A DNA stretch of 54,598 nucleotides, filler included, from Bipalium vagum (lineage: Eukaryota), in assembly GCA_037834085.1 (NCBI GenBank). It is 3 parts of 3 records of this genome, joined end to end, with 100 filler letters (N's around TTAATTAATTAA, not from the genome) between each part and the next. Parts side by side here need not be neighbours in the genome. Positions count along the whole stretch, not along the records: positions 18,298 to 35,760 come from JBBMKC010064243.1; positions 35,861 to 54,598 come from JBBMKC010020653.1; 1 more part is not named here. One strand, written 5' to 3'. The notes beneath the pieces are model-generated. The model saw nothing but the letters and a program-made list of their open reading frames with translations. It was not told the origin of the DNA and made no database searches. The translations under genes were made by a program, and so were the position numbers. Below are positions 26,790-38,900 of this stretch, piece by piece (the first letter of the stretch is position 1; every line of letters begins with the position of its first letter).

Positions 26790-28248
26790 GATGATAGGAA
26801 AGTTTTGGCACGAAGCTTATTGCCAATGAACATAAAAACTTAAACTTTTTTATATCGATTTACAGCTTCCTTAATTTGCTTTTTATATATAAGAAACATA
26901 TGACTCGGATGACAGCCGAGAGAGTTTATTCGTAAACAAATCTATTTTCTCATTAAACAAATGAAAATATTAGATGTCATTAAACATTTTCCAACTGAAC
27001 ATATTCCAAAAATAGCAGTTTAAAGATTCAAAAATGGTCTACCATATTATGACAACCTGAAAACAGGTAATCCTCCAAAAACAGATTCAAAAAATTGAGA
27101 AATATGGTAGAAAACGTATTGGTGTTAACCAAAAATGTTTGGATAATAAATTTAACATCTCCAAGATATGTATCAGGTTGTGTAGTATGAAATTTGTAAA
27201 ATGAAAAACAAAGTTTATTAATAAATTTGATTTATATGATCTAAAATAGTTTTTTTGGTGACACCAAACTTTACAGACAATTCCTGGGCACTCTGACACG
27301 GGTTAGGCTCAATGATTATCTTTAATTTGTTGTTGCACATCTTTGATTGTGGACGACCACATGGCTCACTATTTACATTACCTACAAATTTCATACTACA
27401 CAACCTGATATACAGAAAACTTTGTGAAAGATGGATTTTAAATATGTTAAAAGACAACGTACACAGAAGTACTGCATATCGAGAAAATACTTAAAAAGTA
27501 TCGAAAATTACGAAGAGAAATAATTAATTCAGAAACTTTTATTATTCTTGATGATGAAAAATATTTCAATTTTTCAGGTTTTGATATTCCCGGAAATACA
27601 GGTTTTTATTCGTTTGACACAGAAAAACACTTGTACTTGTTAGGCTCAAATCCAAAATAAATTCGAACCTAAAATATTAATATAGTTGGCAATTTTGGAG
27701 AGGTGTCATACATTTGGTCAACAGGAGGGCCTGCGCTTAATGCCTAGAAGTATAAAAAGAAATACTTAACCACACTTTTGACATTTGTCAAAAAACATGC
27801 CAATGAAAAATATATATTGACCGGATTTAGCTAGTTATTATTATGCCAATAAAATGCAAAAATGGTTAAAAGAAAATAAAGTACCATTTGTTCCAAAAGA
27901 ATTAGGTCCACGAATATTCCCTAAGCTCTACCAATTGAAGACTTTTGGGAATTATTGGTTCAAATGGTGGATAGTGGATGATGGGAAGCTAAAAATTGAC
28001 AACAATTAATTACTCGAATAAATTCTCAAATGAAAAAAAATTGATTTAAGTGTCTTCCAAAGTATGATGATTGATATTCAAAGATATTTAAGTAAAAACG
28101 AAGATGTTGGGCCTTTCGTTATTATGTAACTATACAGTTATGTTGATTATCTCATTTTATTTTTGTATTCAAAAAATTATAAAACAAATATTAAAATTGA
28201 ATTTAAAAAGTCTGTTTTCTTTTGTGTCAAAACCTTCCGACCACCAGT
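26790..28248 (+). mobile_element. Decayed ITmD37E-like element with TIR remnants, interrupted by a MITE
   Basis: ILDDEKYFNFSG, FEPKIL, PDLASYYYA, VPFVPKE...PIEDFW; ends GGAAAGTTTTGGCAC and GTGTCAAAACCTTCC are inverted. Confidence 0.82.
27173..27408 (-). mobile_element. 236-bp mariner-derived MITE
   Basis: Perfect 26-bp TIRs TCAGGTTGTGTAGTATGAAATTTGTA, TA duplication both sides, internal mariner HTH fragment GRPQ...IIEPNPCQSAQELSVKFGVTKKTI. Confidence 0.93.
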
Positions 28249-28401
28249 TATAATTAAATTTCTTAACAAAAATTTTTTTTACAAAACACAAGAGTTCTTT
28301 AAAACCATTGTTCTTTGGGTAAGTCCTTTTAAAATGTATCAGGAAATTTTTAATTTCATTACTCCTTTAATATAGATTTTTATTTCTTTTTCACGTTACA
28401 G

Positions 28402-28622
28402 ATATCAATCGTGACCACGGATTTCATTCGGTCAGGAATGCGGAATCAATAAATAACGAATTCATGTCTCTGAGACCCGATAGAGAATCGTATATTATGT
28501 GGCTAAAAAGCGAAGAGTTACGAAACCAGGAGCAAAAGTCAGTCAAATTTGCTAAAGAAAAGTATCAAACTAACCAATCTAAGGGTTTCAACAAATGTGA
28601 AATTAGGCAGACTAAATTGTAG
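28402..28622 (+). CDS. Cadherin-like gene, probable terminal exon
   Basis: Pyrimidine tract and ACAG| acceptor; phase 1 matches previous exon; 73 codons INRDHGFHS...RQTKL ending in TAG. Confidence 0.6.
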
Positions 28623-29967
28623 AAAATGTTATTTATTTAATTTTTGTGATATAATTTTGTCAAATTATGTGATGATTGTGATAAATAGAGTAATGATTCT
28701 TTTGAGATTTTTAGTAAAAGTTATACTTTCTTCCGGTATACTTGCATCTAAGGGTTCTTAGGTTCAAGAACCTTTATCTTTTCATTTTAGATAGTTTCTT
28801 TGGTAGCTTTTCAAGAAACGGTTACTTCAAATTTAATAAATAAATTTTTTTGATTTTTAACGAATATTTTAAATCATTTTTCTTTTTCAATGCCAAACAG
28901 ACACGAGAAAAAAAATTGTAAAGATCTTTTGTAGAATTAACTCAGAGGAGATCTCCGTAAAGACAAAAATATCATGTAACCTACATTCTAAGCAAAATTC
29001 TTACTGATGTTTAATAAATGGACAAATATAAAAATAAATAAAATAATTAAATAATTAAAGGTAAATAAGTAAAAATGAATTGTAGACTTAATTATATATT
29101 CTTTAATTAATTCTGAGTAAACTTTTAATTATATTTAAATTTACATGTTTTATTTATTTTATTTTATTTAATAGAATCATTTTAAAAATTAAAAATTGTT
29201 TAATTTAAATCTGGAAGATGTGTTTAAGCTTTTGGTTTGCGATTTTACAAACTTTCTTAGTTAATAATAAGGAAATAGATAAAATTTATTTTATTTATAT
29301 TTTTATACTATTAATTTATAAGGTCTTTCCAATGAAAAGAAAGAGAGACAAAGTCTTTTAAAATCAAGACGAGTAGACTCATCATTTTCGTAAAAAAATA
29401 TTTGTCAAAACGATCTTCAAATCAATAATTTGACCAAAATATGATTTGAGACCTTATTATTCTTGTTCTAAGTAATAAAAGTAACATCAGTAGAAAATGA
29501 TAAAAATATTCTTTTTGTTATAATATTACTTGTTCAACTATAACATTGTGATAATCACGACTAAGATGTTCTTGAACGATCATTAGACGAAACATAAGAA
29601 GAATTTGGTGATTTTGAAGAGGAAATTTAATGAACAAAAATAAATATAAATATCATTCGTTTTTTAAATAAATAATAATATAAATTGCTTATAGTTTCAA
29701 CCCATCTTTATCTTACTTAGATTCAAGATTATAGCAAATTGGAAAATACATTGTCTGACAATATAATTTTTGCTTATTATTTTTGAGATATTAAAAAAGT
29801 TCCGATAAATATCTAAATTAATAAATTAAAGAGTAGCCCATATGTAGATGCCGCCACTTCTAACAATTGCTATGAAAGATTAGGCTACATAGTAACTAAA
29901 AAAAGACATTTTTGAAATCGTATTATGTTGATCTTTTAATTGAATAATTTATTTAGTGATAATCCTC

Positions 29968-30130
29968 TAGATGAAGAGACAGCAACACGAATTTAAAGCC
30001 AAGGCAATAATTGCTTTTTTCCAAGAAAATTCACAAAATAAACTGGCTACGGTTAATCACTTTCGGCAGCAAAATATTAAAGAGAAAACAATCCGGAATT
30101 TACGACAACTTGGAAATTCTTCAAATCATT
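29968..30130 (+). mobile_element. N-terminal fragment of a second ITmD37E-like transposase
   Basis: MKRQQHEFKAKAIIAFFQENSQNKLATVNHFRQQNIKEKTI, similar in pattern to the start of the 26.9-kb element. Confidence 0.5.
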
Positions 30131-30799
30131 TGCAAACGCAACTCTAATGATTCTCTAACCTGGAAGCTTAATTGAAATCGGTCTTTATATTTTATCAGTG
30201 TAAGATCATCGAATGAAAATTTTCCAATAAAAGTTTCATTACTTTAGATTTATTCAAATGTCTTATAGTAATTCAACTTTTAAGATTATTATATCACCAA
30301 GTATTGATATATGATTAAACACATTTTTCCAACTCCCCAGGTATAAAAAGACAATACATTTCTTTTCACGATCAGAAAACATAATGACAGATTAAATTTC
30401 TTCCTAAGGAATTTAAAGAGTCTTACATAAAGATGTACATTGTAAATACCTTATTGAAAAAAATCTAGAATATCCAATTTTTATTGATTTCATTAAAAAA
30501 ACTAGCAAGAAAAATTTATTCCCGCTTCTACAAATACGACTAAATATCCTAACAAATATATATAAATCTAGTGAAATTTTCTAACTAGCTAAAAAGTTAT
30601 AAACCTAGAGCAAATAAGTACATAATATTGTTGAATTAACACATATAATTTCTAAAATTTAACATTCAATTACAGAAAAAAAAACTGAGTTAAATTATGC
30701 AAACCAAATTTGTTAAAATATGTATTTCAAAAAGAGAGTTTATATATGGAACGTAAAAAGATAAGTAAATTTCTAATATTTAATGACACACCAGTGATT

Positions 30800-31823
30800 A
30801 ATTAATAACTCCTCACAAGAACCGAGGATATCAGATTTCAGCTCGAAATTGAATTGAATTGTCTTCCATTTCATAACCTTTACAGACAAACACTCGTCAT
30901 AAATTTTCTATCGTATTAATTTTTGTTGAATTCGGGGAATTTAATAACGGTGACAGCAACCTTCAGGATCAACCTTATTTCAGCAGATCTGTCAAAAATA
31001 AATTGTGAAAACCTACGCAAATCAGCTAAGATAATTCATCGACTAGCACTAGAAGATTTTCTGATGAATTTAATGTGACCCAGAGAACAATTTTCCGATA
31101 TCTAATGATATCGGTAAGGTCAACAGATGCTGCAAGAAATGGCCTCGTGACTTAACAGAAAATCAAGCAAGACGTTTTTAGGTATGTCTTAAACTGCTTG
31201 AAAATCTTTGTGGTGACCGTTTTATTCTCTAAATTATTACCTCATGAAAAATGGACCTATCTTAGCAATTCTGGCAAAAAAATAAATGGATAGATATATA
31301 GACCAGATGGACAAACCCGTTCCAAAAATGGTTTAGTTTTCAAATTAGGTGCTTTTGTGTTTTGTATAATTTTGAAGGCGTCATTCGCTTTGAATTAATT
31401 TCAAACAACACAACATTAGATGTAAAATTAGATCAAATAGATAAAATGATACTGAAAAAATAGCCGTTTTGGTCAATGGAAAGCGGGTACTTCTGCAACA
31501 AACTTGAAACAAAATCAAAGAAATAGAATCTGTTCAGTATTTACCGCATTCAGTATATAATTCTTTTCTTTTTGAGAAATGACACTTTTTTAAAGATTGT
31601 ACTTTTCTTTAATGATTTGAATTATGTTGAAAAGTGATACCAAAATATTTTGTGTCCAAAGACAAGGAATAGTATAATTTCGAGATGGAACAAGTAGTTG
31701 ATATATGGGTCAAGATCATTAGTTAAATGGTCTTTATTTGGAGATTTAATAAAAATTGTATTTACTTTACTTCGTTCTTCAATTTTCCATAAAAATTGAA
31801 GTTACTTATGACTCACCAAAATA
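30800..31823 (+). mobile_element. Decayed mariner element
   Basis: KWPRDLTENQ, IIT..EKWTYL, NFEGVIRFEL, LPHSVY remnants; TIR-like end at about 31800-31823. Confidence 0.75.
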
Positions 31824-33265
31824 ATTTTCTAAATTTTTGCAATTCTTGTACATAAGATTCTATTTTGCAAACAATGGAAAAGGTATTTGACCAGAAATGC
31901 AATATACAATTTTTATCTAAATATACTTATGACATGGGTCTATGTACATTATTTTATTTGTTGTAAAATATTCCTGATTTACCTCAAGCACTCTGTATAA
32001 TGTTCTTAGTGAGTAGTTGAAATGGTAAGATATATTTCAGTTTGAATAATTAAAGATAACTAACTCTTTTTATCTTATCATTTTTTCATTGCTTTTATTA
32101 AATAAAAACCACTAAATACTTATGAAAGACATCCAATGATCGTCTTATGCAATTTCAGCCTTAAATAAAAAAGCTGTTGATTTCAGTTTAGAAAACCACA
32201 TTTGACAAACTGAACACTTCTTAGGTTTAGTAGAATTTTTCTTTTACGAAACACACAAAGAATAATAAAATAATACCTTGGATATTGTTTACAAATATTA
32301 AATATTTCAGAATGTGATACCCCTACTCACTGATACACCAAACATTATTTAAAAATATCATAAATATATTTTTCGGAATAATATCAACAAAATATTATAT
32401 TAATTTCCCCTGTTCTTCAGAATCGTTTATATATAATATTCGTACATGGTACCTCAAACTAAGCCTTATTTCAAAGTGAAAATGGTTTTTGGAATGAATT
32501 TAATTAATCAATAGAAATTAAATTTTTTAAACAAGATTGCAAATTAAAAAGAAATGGAAATTATTTATTTATATTATGCTAATTTATAATTTAAATGACA
32601 TAATATTTTTCGAATTATTGAATAAATTTAAGATGTATAAAAAATATTTTATAGTGGTTGGATTGTTGGGATAGTTATGCAATGTCTGTACGAAATCTGA
32701 TAGTAAAATCTTTGATTCTAAAGACCAAATAAATTAACTGCAAAGGAATTCTGATTTAATGTAAATTAAAGTAAATTCTGAGAACGATATGCATGTCAAT
32801 CTTATTTTTATGTTTCCCAATTCACCATCACCGGCTGGCCAGGAATATGAGATTTTCAGATGGAGATTTTGTACAATTTATTTGAGCAGCAATAATTATT
32901 TTTTCCACCAATGGTAAAAATGAAAAATAAATAATTTCCCTCCATAATAGTTGATCTCTTAGATCTAATGCAATATTTCAAGAAAATAAAGATTTGTCAA
33001 ATTTCAATAAAAATATTTCTCTTTTGATAAACTTTACTGTTGAGATTTTTTTATTTACTTTATGTAGAATTTTCCTTTTAATATTTTCCCGAAATTTTCT
33101 TGCAAGTTTAATACATCTGTCATTTGATTAAAAATAAAAGAATATATAATTGAAATTTTTTTGAAAGTATATTTCCATTTTTCTACGTTTGTATAAATTA
33201 TTCTGATCAAATAATACATTGGTTTGGATTTTTTGGATAGTTTTTCTTGTATTAATTAAATAATA

Positions 33266-33990
33266 CAGGATAGGCCATAAATCACTTTCCTATTTAGAAA
33301 TTGAATAATAAAGTTTTATTAATAAATTGATTTTTTTAAAAAGATTTATAAACTGTAATTCTTGGAAATTTAATATGGAAAAATATACGATAGACTAACG
33401 CATAAAAATTATTGAATTTTACTACCAAAAAAAGTGTTCCATTGTTTTAAAAAAGAATATATTGTAAAATTTGGAACTCAGAAAACTACGTTAACGACTA
33501 ATACGTGAACTTGACTAATGATTTTCAAAAATAGGATTCTGTTACGGATTTAGAAGACCAATTTCAGTACGTTCCCAAAAGAATGTTGTCTGTTCTGGAA
33601 GACTCGATGACATACTAGAAGACGTTGCCGACAAATTGAAATTTCAAGAAAATCTTTGCAGGAAGGATTTAAATATGCATCCATAGAAAATCAAAATAAT
33701 TCAAAGATAATCCAACAAATTATAAGCAAAAAGCAAACTTTAAAATATCAATTTAAGATCTGGTAAGAAAAGAGTAACAACTTTATTAATAATTTTATGA
33801 TGGGAGAAGAATCGCCTTTTCACATGAAAGGCTATCTTAATGAGGAAAATACTACATTTTTGGGTACCGAGAATCTAAGGATGATTCAATTACATGAACT
33901 ACATTCTCTTCAGATCAGAGTTTGATGTGGTGTGACATCTGAGAAGATAATTGACCTCTTAATTTTTGAGGACGAAAAAGGAAATGCAGT
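33266..33990 (+). mobile_element. rosa/DD41D element, 5' portion
   Basis: TA|CAGGATAGGCCATAAATC TIR-like start; MGEESPFHMKGYLNEEN, LHSLQIRV*CGV...IFEDEKGNAV. Confidence 0.7.
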
Positions 33991-33994
33991 GGAT

Positions 33995-34604
33995 TTATTA
34001 TGTGTCCACAAATAACAAAAAACAATGACGTGTACCTGGTGAACTATTGCTACCTGTCGTTAAGCAGTCAAGATTACAAGTTCTGCTTTCTGTATGGTGG
34101 AATTATGAAGGCATCATACATTTTGAATTAATTCCAACTTGTCATCCGATAACGTCTAAAATTTGTTGTCAACAGTTAAAACAAGTTTACAAAATAATGC
34201 AACAACTTTACACATAATTAATCAACAGAAAACGTGTCCTTCACACACAGCTAAAAAGACAATGGCAAAGATAAATAAACTTGCTAAATTTGAATAATTT
34301 CCTCATTCAGCAAAGTTCAGATCTAGCACTATTTGATTACTATCTCTTTGTTTCTATTGCCCATTATCTTGTAAGAAGGTGTTTTAAATATTATGACGAC
34401 TTAAAATTAGAGTACCAATAGTTCTTTGATTCAAAAAACTAAGGACGGTATACAGCTTGTCAAAAAATTACTTTCCGAATGTTGGATAAAGTGAGTTGAG
34501 CATATTTTCGTGAATAAATTTTGCGTTTTAACTTTCATAATTGACGTTTTAATATTACTTCTTATAAAATTAAAATGGTACATTATTTATAGAATAGATT
34601 AATA
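33995..34604 (+). mobile_element. Mariner element, 3' portion
   Basis: VWWNYEGIIHFELIP, PHSA.SSDLALFDYYLF; TIR-like end. Confidence 0.75.
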
Positions 34605-34629
34605 AAAATACCTGTTTTAATTTTAAATA

Positions 34630-35641
34630 ATGAAGTATTTGTTAACAAATCATTATGCAGACTAACTGGAAAGGCTGCTATATTTGATGAAAGAACATAT
34701 AACATAGCATAATATATCTTTTAGAGCACCATCTGGCTCAAGTGCAACACTTGATAAAGGAATAGTAGAAACTGGATAATATGCTTGATCCATTTCATCC
34801 CAAGTGGAATTAACAAATATAAAATTAATTATCGTACCACCATATACAACGGCTGGAACACAGGCACTTGATGCTGGAATAATTAGAATTGTCAACCTTG
34901 GATACTGTCAATTTTTATATGATTATATGCTGACCTCAAGTGACAAGAATGAAAATATAAATGATATGACGAAAGCCATCAGCGTTAAAGATGCAATAAC
35001 ATGGATTTCTTCCTCATGTCTTAATATATAAAATTATATTATCATTAATTGCTTCAAACATGCAAGAGTAGATATACCAAATACTAAAGACTAATTTTGT
35101 CAAATTAGAGAAAGGTTTTTTCATATCACGTGCTAATTTGTTATGATTAAGTGAGCTGAGCTACATACCCCGACTAACTTTCAAATTATCTCACAATGAT
35201 AAAAAAAAGTGAAGATATAAAGTGGGAGGGTACGATTATGAATCTCATAGACTGTAGTTTTGTAGATAAAGATAATGATGAAGTATACTATCTAAAATGA
35301 TGAAGTCTTTAAATTTATTAAACGATTATGCAAATCATAATGACTTTGTTTCAGCAATAATTTCATAAAGTATATTAAACAAAGTTAGATAAATTGCAAA
35401 CAAGCACTATAGATCAATGTTTTAATAAAAACTAAATATTTCATAGTTCATTTATTTCAAGTATGAAAGATTTCGTTATTTCTACTTCAGATTATTATTT
35501 ATAAACACTAAAACATGTCTAAATTAAACAACCGTATAACATATAACCTGTTTAATTAGACACCTTTAATATTTCAACTTCTGTTATATTTGAAAATTTT
35601 GGTCGTTAAACAGGGGTGTTCAGTTTAAACAGGTTTCACTG
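34630..35641 (+). mobile_element. pogo/Tigger transposase relic with 3' TIR
   Basis: IKLIIVPPYTTAGTQALDAGII resembles pogo FLPPNTTS..QPLDQGII; terminus ...CAGGTTTCACTG|TA. Confidence 0.82.
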
Positions 35642-35760
35642 TATTTATTTATATTAATATTTTCTTTTACTTAAAAATTCATAAAATTTAACACTAGAAC
35701 ATCCAACGTATCAAAATTGACTACTTTTTGATTTTAACACGTTGTAAAAACTATGATTTT

Positions 35761-35860
35761 NNNNNNNNNNNNNNNNNNNNNNNNNNNNNNNNNNNNNNNN
35801 NNNNTTAATTAATTAANNNNNNNNNNNNNNNNNNNNNNNNNNNNNNNNNNNNNNNNNNNN
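35761..35860. other. Artificial contig spacer (N44-TTAATTAATTAA-N44)
   Basis: Identical to spacer at 18198. Confidence 0.97.

Positions 35861-35932
<72 letters not shown>
35861..35932. repeat. (AAT)n microsatellite at contig start
   Basis: Direct reading. Confidence 0.97.
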
Positions 35933-35934
<2 letters not shown>

Positions 35935-38900
35935 GAGAATTAACAGCGATGATAATAGCGGGGATAATAGTGGGGATAGTAGTGACAAAAGAGCGAGGTA
36001 AAGAGACGAGGGCGAGCACGGAGAGTGAGGCTGCCAGGGGAGAGCCGAGAGCTGTCGACTGGGGAAATTGGCCGTTGCGAATTCTGCCCTTCTCGCTGCA
36101 ACTCGGAGGCCTCTCCTTCTTATTGCTATCGATTATTTCCTACGGTTTTTATGATATATTGCCTCCATCAATTAGTGAATGAAGGCATTATTAAATTATT
36201 TAAAAATATGTCAAGAAATTATTTTCTCTCCCCACAGGAAGTTCTGAATTAATATTTCTTCTTGCCAGAAAATCGACTGAGTACGACGCACTCGACGCAC
36301 AATCTGCGTTGCACTGCGACGCTGACCCGACTCCCGTGCGCGACCAGGTCAAGAGGAAATTGTTCCCCATTGCCTCTCATCTTCGGCAAAGTCGTCGTGA
36401 AAATCCTCGCCCCTCAGTCGGCTGCATGACCAATTCCGGGTTAGTATTCCTTAACCCTTTAACAATGGTTTCAGGGGTGTGACATTGTCTCGTCTCAAGA
36501 CTTCCATTGCAAAAATAAACCTCCTATTGACTTTTGATATCAACAACAACAATAACTGGCATACAATTCCCTGAGTTCCTATCGACAACCTTGGGCACTC
36601 CTTTAAGGCTTGCAGTGTATCAATCCCTTGACCAACCATGGCCCTCATACGCGTGACTTACTTCCAAAAGGATAGAAACATTCTTAATTCTTTCATCAAC
36701 CTCTTAGATATTTTAAAAATTATAATATTTAAAAATACCTTGTAAATTAAAGTAATTATAATAAAAAATAAAAATAAAAGTATTAAAAATTAAAATAAAT
36801 AAAAAATATTAGACAAATATTAATAAAAATAAACTACAATAAAAATTTTTTTATATTTATTATTATAATTAATCTTTTATTTTATACAATTAAAATTAAA
36901 AAAATTAAATTATTAAAAGTAAAAAAAAATTAAAAAATAATATTTAAAAATAAAAAAAATAAATAGAAAAAAATAAATAAATATTAAATTAAATATAAAT
37001 CAAAAACAGTAAATTAAGATAATAATTCTTATAAATTATTATTATTATTAAAAATGATTTTATAAATTAAATAAAATTAAAATAAATAATAAAAATAATA
37101 TTATTTATTAACAAAGTAAAACAAAAAATATAATATTAAACAATGTATTATGCAATATATAATAATTTTAATAATTTTTTATATCTATTATTATTATCTT
37201 TCTTTAAAAATTAAAATAATAATTAAAAATAAAATAAAATAAATAGAAAATAATAGATAAATAATAAAAAAATATATACTACAACAATAAAAAATTAAAA
37301 TAATTATTTTATAAATTATTATTACAATTATTTATTTTTATTATAAAATTAAAATAAATAATAAAATTAATAATATTATTAACAAACTAAAACAAAACAA
37401 TTTGTATTAAATAATGTTAAATGCAATAATATAATTTTAATAATTTTTTTTATGCTTATTATAATGATAGTTTTTATTATATAATAAAATGAATAAAAAA
37501 AATTAAAATTAAAATCAATAACAAAAATCAAAAATAATACGAATTAATATAAATTATAAAAATAATTTAATAATAAAATATAAAAAGAAATAATAAAAAT
37601 TATATCTTAAAAAAAGTAATGAAATAAAGAAGAATAAAAATATTAAGAAGAAAATAAATTGATTGGTCGAAATTATTTTTATTAATATTTTTATAATAAT
37701 CATTAATATTTTTAAATTTTTTAGGCTTTAAATTAATATTAATATTATTAATTAATATTAAACTGTGAAGGATAGGAGCACATGAATTACCAGATTCTGC
37801 ACTTGATCTTCTTTGCAAATATTTCAATTTGGACATGTTCTTAGAGCTTCACATGGTCTGGCCATTGGAAATCGATAGATCTTGTTCCTTGCGAAAGGTT
37901 GACTCAACCCTTTAAGGCTGGTCAGCCGATTCTTGGTTGAGTTCTTCCCTCGCTAACTTGTCAAGTCTTTTCAATTTGCCCCCTGAATCAAATGGTCAGT
38001 CTCTATCATTTTCTTTGGACCACCTTTCATGACATTCTTCATCTGTTTGTATAGTTTTATCGATGACCAACAATGATGTTCTTCACTTTCTAGACTCTTC
38101 GTGCTCCGAAATGAACTGATCATTCCTTCACATTTCCTTTCAATCCTCAACTAACATCTCGAGTTGCTTTCATAGAACTGTGTCTCAATGTCCATTTATA
38201 AAAACTGAGGCAAAATGTGATTAGGTCATCTCCAGAGGGAAAGGTTGAAAAGATTCGCACAGATAGAGCTGTAAACAACATTCAGGAAGTGTAGAAAGGA
38301 GTCCGACTTAAATTCTGATGCTTCTCTTCCCTCAAAGGCCGAACAGAGCGACAACCAGCACCATCTTGTCAGCCGACAATGAGGAAAAGCTTTCTATTTA
38401 TAGCACAACCAATGTTACTAAAAATAGAAACAGAAGTAAAAATGTAACTGCTACACCGCTGCTCTGAAGTGTTTCAAGGTCACATAAGATTTGAGTCCTT
38501 CCAAGTGAAACCTGGTGCTTCCTTTGAGATCTCGAGGCTTTCAAATGAAGGTTCTGGTTAAGGTACTGGCTAAGAAGTCTTGGAAGACCAGTTCCATGTG
38601 AAGAAAGAGTCTATCACACATGTCTTGGGCTCTCGTAACCTTTTGTCATGAAGAACCTTGACTGCCATGATGATAATATTTTTATTATTCTTATGGAAAA
38701 TAATGATGACAATTATAATAATATAATAATGTTATCTTTACTATCGTCGTTTTCAAAATTATCAATCTCGAGCTCGCTGCCCTGACGGAGAGAGGAGAGC
38801 CTGTGGACGAAACGAGCCAGCGAGCGAGGGGCAGACAAGTATTCTCGTCAGTCAATAATAAGGGCTAATGAGCCAACCGACGAAAGCGTCGTCAAAGTAG

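Noticed and set aside
36451-36470. TTAACCCTTT piggyBac-like terminus
   Set aside because: No matching inverted end with TTAA was found and there are no piggyBac transposase motifs.
36710-37760. Possible mitochondrial insertion (NUMT) because of extreme AT content
   Set aside because: No tRNA, rRNA or mitochondrial protein motif recognised.
38778-38900. Hammerhead-ribozyme-like words (CTGACGG...GGACGAAACGAG...CTCGTC; CTAATGAG...CGAAAGCGTC)
   Set aside because: The CUGANGA core is mismatched and stems I/II do not pair; the words are explained as transition images of AAATAAAATAAA/TTTATT.
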